Shown here in pieces: positions 25,580 to 30,398 of a stretch of DNA of 30,398 nt. How positions within the stretch are numbered: position 1 is the first letter of the stretch; every line of letters starts with the position of its first letter. Made by a program: the position numbers and the translations under genes. Source of the stretch: a virus (Duplodnaviria; Caudoviricetes); IMG/VR virus record IMGVR_UViG_3300027754_000313, positions 1-30,398 of that record; one strand, 5' to 3'. The notes below the pieces were generated by a model. It did not search any database, had not been told where the DNA came from, and saw only the letters and a list, made by a program, of their open reading frames with translations.

Positions 25580-27106
25580 ATGAGCTATAACGGCAGCGGT
25601 ACATTTGTAATCAACTCAACTGGTCAGCCAGTTGTCACAGGCACAGTCATTTCATCAACAGCGTTTAATGCGCTGACTGCTGATTTAGCTACTGGCCTAT
25701 CGACTGCTTTGACCAAAGACGGTCAAACGACACCGACAGCCAATCTTCCGATGGGAACTTTTAAGTTCACAGGGCTAAGTGCGGGATCGGCAGCAACTGA
25801 TTCTGCAAATATTGCACAAGTGCAAAACTCGTTTGGATCGTTTTTGACGGTATCGGGAACAGACACGATTACAGCAACTGTTAGCCCAGCGTTGACCGCA
25901 TACGGATCTGGTCAAATGTTTGCGTTTGTTGCAGCTAATACGAACACAGGTGCGGTAACAATTAACATCAGTTCGTTAGGCGCAAAAGCTATTACTAAAA
26001 CTGGTAACACCGCATTAGTAGCCGGTGATTTAACTGCAAATTACCTGTTTGTTATTGTCTACGACGGTACGCAATTTCAAGTTGTTGGCGTATCTGCAAC
26101 GACATTTACAAACTTGACGATTAGCGGTGTTTTAACGCTTTCAGGCGCAGGCGTTCAGTTAACTAGTTCAGGGACTGGCGCATGGAAAATGCCTGTTGGT
26201 ACAACAGCGCAACGTCCAACAGGTGCATCTGGCTTAATTCGTCAAAACTCTACAACGGGTAATCCTGAGTGGTATGACGTTACAAGTTCGCAATGGTTAC
26301 AATTTACGCAAGCTGCTGGGTATTCGGTTGATTACCTTGCTGTGGCGGGTGGGGCATCTGGTGCTGCTACTGGCGCATCAAGTGCGGGTTCATCGGGCGG
26401 TGGCGGTGCTGGTGGTTTACTGACTAGCACAACAACATTAAGTTCAGGCATTGCTTACACAATTACAGTAGGCGCAGGTGGTGCTGCAATTTCATCAAGC
26501 GCAGACGTTAAAGGAAATTCGGGTTCAAATTCTAGTATTGCTTCGCTTGCAATTGCGATTGGTGGTGGTGCGGGTGGTGCTGGCGGTTCATTTTCACCAT
26601 CGTCTGGTGGTTCTGGCGGTGGGGCGGGAACAACTTTAACTGGGGGCGCTGGCACTACTGGTCAAGGTTACTCTGGTGGCAACGGCGCAACAAATGGTTC
26701 GGGTGGCGGTGGAGGTGCTAGTGCGTCCGGTACAAGCGCCTCTGGCAATACTGGTGGTGCTGGCGGTGCAGGGGCATCAAATAGTATTAGCGGCTCTGCG
26801 GTCACTTATGCTGGGGGCGGCGGCGCAGGTGCAAGTGCTACAGCTTCTGCGGGTGCAGGTGGATCAGGCGGCGGCGGTGCTGGAGGTGCAAACCTTGGAA
26901 ATGGAACAAACGGAACGGCTAACACAGGTGGTGGTGGTGGCGCTTCTGGTTCAGGCGCTGGCACTACAGTAACGTCAGGTTCTGGCGGCTCAGGCATTGT
27001 TATTATTAGATACCTCGGCAGTCAGCGTGGCACAGGCGGTACGGTGACATCATCGGGCGGCTATACAATCCACACCTTTACATCGTCTAGTACATATACC
27101 GCATAA
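25580..27106 (+). CDS. tail fibre/receptor-binding protein with glycine-rich C-terminal domain
   Basis: GAGG RBS; N-terminal anchor (YNGSGTF...GTVISS...KDGQTTPTANLPMG); VDYL.VAGG..GGGGAGG...GSGIVIIRY...YTIHTF Gly-rich domain. Confidence 0.85.
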   Translation: MSYNGSGTFVINSTGQPVVTGTVISSTAFNALTADLATGLSTALTKDGQTTPTANLPMGTFKFTGLSAGSAATDSANIAQVQNSFGSFLTVSGTDTITATVSPALTAYGSGQMFAFVAANTNTGAVTINISSLGAKAITKTGNTALVAGDLTANYLFVIVYDGTQFQVVGVSATTFTNLTISGVLTLSGAGVQLTSSGTGAWKMPVGTTAQRPTGASGLIRQNSTTGNPEWYDVTSSQWLQFTQAAGYSVDYLAVAGGASGAATGASSAGSSGGGGAGGLLTSTTTLSSGIAYTITVGAGGAAISSSADVKGNSGSNSSIASLAIAIGGGAGGAGGSFSPSSGGSGGGAGTTLTGGAGTTGQGYSGGNGATNGSGGGGGASASGTSASGNTGGAGGAGASNSISGSAVTYAGGGGAGASATASAGAGGSGGGGAGGANLGNGTNGTANTGGGGGASGSGAGTTVTSGSGGSGIVIIRYLGSQRGTGGTVTSSGGYTIHTFTSSSTYTA

Positions 27107-27114
27107 GGATCATC

Positions 27115-27462
27115 ATGGGACATTTTGCAAAAGTAGTAGATGGTAAAGTAACGCAAGTTATTGTTGCAGAGCCTGAGTTTTTTGACACATTTGTGGATTC
27201 AAGCCCTGGCACATGGTTGCAGACTTCATACAACACGCTTGGTAACAAACATTTAAAAGGCGGCACACCTTTGCGTGGCAATTATGCAGGCATTGGTTAC
27301 ACCTACGACCCCGTAGCAGACGTTTTCTACTCACCTCAGCCTTACGCATCATGGGTAATCAGCCCACTAACTTTTTTGTGGGAAGCGCCAGTTGCAATGC
27401 CAAAAACTGGTGGCCCGTATGATTGGGACGAGGCTACACAATCATGGGTAGAAGTTGTTTAA
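27115..27462 (+). CDS. tail fibre-associated protein (partner of Gly-rich fibres)
   Basis: MGHFAKV....V.QVIVA, W.QTSYNT, LR.NYAGIGYTYD and WDE....W motifs; AAGGA RBS. Confidence 0.75.
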   Translation: MGHFAKVVDGKVTQVIVAEPEFFDTFVDSSPGTWLQTSYNTLGNKHLKGGTPLRGNYAGIGYTYDPVADVFYSPQPYASWVISPLTFLWEAPVAMPKTGGPYDWDEATQSWVEVV

Positions 27463-27556
27463 CTTTATTGCCATACTGTTTCTTTCGCCATTGATACTGC
27501 TTTGCAGCGTGTGGCTTATCCCGTGGGCAATCTTTGCAATGTTTAAGGGTAAATAA
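27455..27556 (+). CDS. putative 33-aa hydrophobic membrane peptide (MFNFIAILFLSPLILLCSVWLIPWAIFAMFKGK)
   Basis: Not in the ORF track; TTG start overlaps the previous gene and the TAA overlaps the next ATG; fills the gap exactly. Confidence 0.45.
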   Translation: MFNFIAILFLSPLILLCSVWLIPWAIFAMFKGK

Positions 27557-27810
27557 TGGATTGGCAAAATCTCATCAATATAGGTGCTGGCGCCGGTTTG
27601 GGCGTTGTGGGTTGGTTCGCTCGCCAGTTGTGGGATTCTGTCAAAGAATTAAAGTCTGACATTGCAGACTTAAAACTTCATGTGAGCGATGCCTACGTTA
27701 AAAAGTCAGAAATGGAAACGCTTAAATCAGAGATGGATAAGCGGTTTGATCGTGTTGAAATGTTGCTTGACCGTTTGTTCGATAAACTTGAATCAAAGGT
27801 AGACAAATGA
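27556..27810 (+). CDS. single-TM plus coiled-coil protein (holin/antiholin-like)
   Basis: N-terminal hydrophobic helix followed by heptad-rich charged region; start of lysis region. Confidence 0.65.
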   Translation: MDWQNLINIGAGAGLGVVGWFARQLWDSVKELKSDIADLKLHVSDAYVKKSEMETLKSEMDKRFDRVEMLLDRLFDKLESKVDK

Positions 27811-27878
27811 TTGATTACTTAAAATCAGAGTGGCAAGCTTTTACAGCGTGGTTGTGGCGCATGGTGGCTAAGTTCTAA
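27807..27878 (+). CDS. putative 23-aa amphipathic peptide (MIDYLKSEWQAFTAWLWRMVAKF)
   Basis: ATGA overlap upstream, TAATG overlap downstream, AAGGT RBS. Confidence 0.5.
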   Translation: MIDYLKSEWQAFTAWLWRMVAKF

Positions 27879-28075
27879 TGGATAGGTGGAAGAATCGACG
27901 CAGAATGGCGTGGTTGTCTATGCTTGCTGCTTTGGTTTTTCCTCTGCTTATCTTAGTATCTGAGTCCCCTACGCTTGGCACTATAGCCATGCCGTTCTAT
28001 ATCTTTGTCAGCGCCGTTGTAGGCTCATATATGGGCTTTGCAACAATAGATGACAACAACTTTAGAGGGCATTGA
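27878..28075 (+). CDS. two-TM holin-like protein
   Basis: RWKNRRRMAW followed by two hydrophobic helices and Y.GFAT.DD. Confidence 0.65.
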   Translation: MDRWKNRRRMAWLSMLAALVFPLLILVSESPTLGTIAMPFYIFVSAVVGSYMGFATIDDNNFRGH

Positions 28076-28485
28076 TGTTCCCAATATTTCCTAGTGCTTT
28101 GTGGATGAAAATTGGTGCAATTCTTGCGCTTTGTGCGCTAATGTACTTTTTGGGGTGGAACAATGAACACAAGAAATTCGTTGCTTTTCAGGCTGAGATT
28201 GCTGCATTGGGTAAAGCACAGGAAACAATTAACGCTGCAAAGGTGAAAGAGCATGAAACTATATCGGCTTCAATCTCAAATCAATATGAAGCTCGTCTGT
28301 CTGCTGTTCATAATTATTACGCTGACAGGGTGCAGCCAAATCCCAGTAGCGGTAACTTGCCCACCGTTCCCAAGCCCACCAGTTGCCCTAATGCAACCCC
28401 CACCAACACAGAATTTATTAGACAATGCGCTGAAACGACCTTAATGTTGACCGAATTGCAAAACTGGGTGCGAAGTATCAAATGA
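28072..28485 (+). CDS. inner-membrane spanin (Rz-like)
   Basis: N-terminal TM, coiled-coil periplasmic region, C-terminal CA.....L..LQ.WV; contains an embedded lipoprotein gene. Confidence 0.8.
   Translation: MMFPIFPSALWMKIGAILALCALMYFLGWNNEHKKFVAFQAEIAALGKAQETINAAKVKEHETISASISNQYEARLSAVHNYYADRVQPNPSSGNLPTVPKPTSCPNATPTNTEFIRQCAETTLMLTELQNWVRSIK
28286..28444 (+). CDS. outer-membrane spanin lipoprotein (Rz1-like), embedded in +1 frame
   Basis: MKLVCLLFIIITLTGC signal with lipobox, then Pro-rich CPPFPSPPVALMQPPP. Confidence 0.85.
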   Translation: MKLVCLLFIIITLTGCSQIPVAVTCPPFPSPPVALMQPPPTQNLLDNALKRP

Positions 28486-28694
28486 CTGTTGCTGACCGTA
28501 TAACCATAATTTGTTGCGTGTCCCTCGCTGTTGTATTGCTGTCAACGGTGGTTGTGGTCTTAATTGGATTGTTCGACCCGTTGGTTGATAACGCTGAAAT
28601 TTTTAAATTGATTAACCCAGCCTTTAATATGATTGTTGGGGCTTTCGTAGGCACTATAGCCGGTATAAAAATAGGAAAAGACGATGCAAAGTGA
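28482..28694 (+). CDS. two-TM holin-like protein
   Basis: Two hydrophobic helices, VDN.EIFKLI.PAF..IVG.FVG; directly upstream of the endolysin. Confidence 0.65.
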   Translation: MTVADRITIICCVSLAVVLLSTVVVVLIGLFDPLVDNAEIFKLINPAFNMIVGAFVGTIAGIKIGKDDAK

Positions 28695-29196
28695 TTGGCA
28701 AAAATCGTTTGAGTTAATGCTCAAGTCAGAAGGTGGTTACGTTAACAATCCCGCTGACCCAGGTGGTATGACTAACCTTGGCGTAACCAAGGCAACGTGG
28801 GAAAACTGGGTTGGTCGTGCGTCTGACGAGGCAGAAATGCGTGGACTTACGCCTGAAAAGGTTGAGCCGCTATACAAAAAGAAGTATTGGGACGCTGTGC
28901 GTGGTGACGAGCTGCCCGCGGGGATTTCATACCTTTGCTTTGATTTCGCCGTGAACGCTGGTGCGGGTCGTTCGATAAAGACCCTCCAGACCGCTGTGGG
29001 TGTTACTCCAGACGGTGGGTTTGGGCCGATGACAATGGCAGCTGTGCAGGCTGTTGACCCTGTTGATCTAATTGAGCGATTTAGCCAAGCCAAAGAGGAC
29101 TTCTATCGGTCTTTGACTACCTTTGCAACGTTTGGCAAAGGATGGCTAAATCGGGTCGCTGACGTTAAGGTAAAGGCTACTTCGATGTTGGCTTAA
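28684..29196 (+). CDS. endolysin, glycoside hydrolase family 108 with peptidoglycan-binding domain
   Basis: EGGYVNNPADPGG.TN.GVT, FD.AVN.G, LQ...GV..DG..GP.T and FGKGWLNR motifs. Confidence 0.95.
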   Translation: MQSDWQKSFELMLKSEGGYVNNPADPGGMTNLGVTKATWENWVGRASDEAEMRGLTPEKVEPLYKKKYWDAVRGDELPAGISYLCFDFAVNAGAGRSIKTLQTAVGVTPDGGFGPMTMAAVQAVDPVDLIERFSQAKEDFYRSLTTFATFGKGWLNRVADVKVKATSMLA

Positions 29197-29377
29197 ATTG
29201 CCTATCGCAGTACACACAAAGCCCGTCACGCAACGTTGTACAAACTTGACCGCAGCCATCACAGACAAACTCTTTTGGGTAATTTGTTGGGCGTGACCAA
29301 CGAACCCAAAGAGCTGTAGCAACCAATGCGGCAGCAGAGCAATAAAATATAAACATCCAGTCCCAGATCGTCATCAC
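29177..29377 (-). CDS. membrane-anchored zinc-finger-like small protein
   Basis: N-terminal TM helix then CDGC...CVYC; ATGA coupling to the upstream - strand gene. Confidence 0.6.
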   Translation of the reverse strand: MMTIWDWMFIFYCSAAALVATALWVRWSRPTNYPKEFVCDGCGQVCTTLRDGLCVYCDRQFKPTSK

Positions 29378-29658
29378 CAGCCTCCCACACCCATGAGTAC
29401 CGTTTGCTCTTGTTCGGCTCTCTGAGCGGCTATACGCATGGCTGGCGATAGCTTGTAAGCAGGCCTGTCAAACCTGTCGATCTTCTTTTCAATGTGGGTT
29501 AGGTATTTCTCAAGCAACGCACGTTCGCCAGTCGGCGCAATGTTTCCAAGTTCTGACGCACACATTGCAAGCATTGCGTCACGGGAGTCTGGTAACAAGC
29601 CTTTATGCCTAAGTTTGTCAGCCGCAGCTAAATATAAGTTAGATAGTTTCATTATCAA
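29374..29658 (-). CDS. hypothetical protein
   Basis: 94-aa ORF in a coupled - strand series. Confidence 0.7.
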   Translation of the reverse strand: MIMKLSNLYLAAADKLRHKGLLPDSRDAMLAMCASELGNIAPTGERALLEKYLTHIEKKIDRFDRPAYKLSPAMRIAAQRAEQEQTVLMGVGGW

Positions 29659-30080
29659 TTCCTTGCGTTAATTGCATCTTCACATTCTCTAGCCATTGCT
29701 GGGGAAACGTTTTGCATAACAATATCAATACAAGCTTTACGTTCTCGCAATATTTGCTGTTCCATGTATTTAATTGGAACAGTACCAAATTGACTTGGTT
29801 GATTTTCAGGATCAGTTATAGCTTGCAAAATACTTTTTAATTGATCGGTTCTAATATGGTTTTCAAATTCTGTAACATTTACGTTAAACCCAGTTGAGTT
29901 ATGCAGATCACGGCGCAGAGCAACAATTTCTTCTGCATATTTAAGCATTCCCTCGGTTAATGATTGATTGGATGCTTGTAATTGACGAATGTATTCAGCT
30001 GCCTCAGTTTGTTCTTGATGCGTCATAAAAAACCCATTTTCTAAGTTTCTCAGAATTTGTTTCGGGCTAAGTGGGTTCAT
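29655..30080 (-). CDS. hypothetical protein, apparently modular (ends ERKAC...AINARN)
   Basis: 141-aa ORF with ATGA overlaps. Confidence 0.7.
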   Translation of the reverse strand: MNPLSPKQILRNLENGFFMTHQEQTEAAEYIRQLQASNQSLTEGMLKYAEEIVALRRDLHNSTGFNVNVTEFENHIRTDQLKSILQAITDPENQPSQFGTVPIKYMEQQILRERKACIDIVMQNVSPAMARECEDAINARN

Positions 30081-30289
30081 TTATGTGTCCTGTCTAAAGC
30101 GTAAAGGGCGGTATAAAGATGCGGATGCGTTGTGTCGTTAATCAACACACCTTTGTCCCCGATGTATCCTGTGGGCTTTAATTTAGCTAGATTGTCAGCA
30201 GCCTGGCGAAACGCACAAGGGTTGTATTCAGCGTTGCAGCGACCACCGCAAGCTTCTTTAAACAGATGGATATAGTCGGTCTTGTTCAT
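30077..30289 (-). CDS. hypothetical protein
   Basis: 70-aa ORF, CGGRCNAEYNPC motif, ATGA overlaps. Confidence 0.65.
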   Translation of the reverse strand: MNKTDYIHLFKEACGGRCNAEYNPCAFRQAADNLAKLKPTGYIGDKGVLINDTTHPHLYTALYALDRTHK

Positions 30290-30398
30290 AAGCGCAGTCC
30301 AAACGGGTTATGAGCGTGTTTAACAACTAGGTTTTCGTAATTATCTGAAGATTCTGTAGCAGTCGGTGCTTGTCGAATAGTGACATAAACACAAGGTG
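30286..30398 (-). CDS. 3' end of a truncated hypothetical CDS (...KHAHNPFGLRL*)
   Basis: Open frame from the window edge ends in TGA overlapping the ATG at 30289. Confidence 0.55.
   Translation of the reverse strand, partial: PCVYVTIRQAPTATESSDNYENLVVKHAHNPFGLRL

Noticed and set aside
26340-27060. GGN-rich region as a DNA repeat, collagen domain or DGR target
   Set aside because: Explained by Gly-rich fibre coding. There is no Gly-X-Y periodicity, no second template copy and no reverse transcriptase.
1-30398. Alternative genetic code, programmed frameshift or integration module
   Set aside because: All core genes are intact in the standard code. I noticed no split genes, convincing slippery site, integrase or repressor, so lifestyle cannot be determined from this window.

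Overview
The window is a gene-dense segment of a tailed dsDNA phage genome with a podovirus-like (P22/T7-style short-tail) morphogenesis module. A betaproteobacterial or freshwater host is plausible but only inferred. Nearly all genes are on the + strand and many are translationally coupled (ATGA/TAATG overlaps). The order is: recombination/early genes (SSB, HNH-AP2 endonuclease, PD-(D/E)XK exonuclease, small early ORFs, Ref-like nuclease, RusA); packaging and head (terminase, portal, scaffold, major capsid); tail and ejection proteins; Gly-rich tail fibre; a multi-gene lysis cassette; then a convergent block of small - strand ORFs. Three things stand out. (i) A two-gene cassette of a Cys-less QueD-like T-fold protein and a TGT/DpdA-like TIM barrel, with no folE/queE/queC in the window, is a candidate non-canonical base-exchange DNA modification system. 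(ii) Modifying enzymes are interleaved in the structural operon (GT8-like glycosyltransferase, FkbM methyltransferase, Maf/DUF115-like transferase, GNAT, Fe-S PAPS-reductase-like protein), suggesting virion glycosylation or modification. (iii) Two compact structured non-coding elements occur: a three-way-junction RNA whose loop is complementary to the HNH ribosome-binding region, and a ~55-nt hairpin RNA displaying an anti-Shine-Dalgarno loop. All assignments come from motif recognition by eye; no database searches were run.
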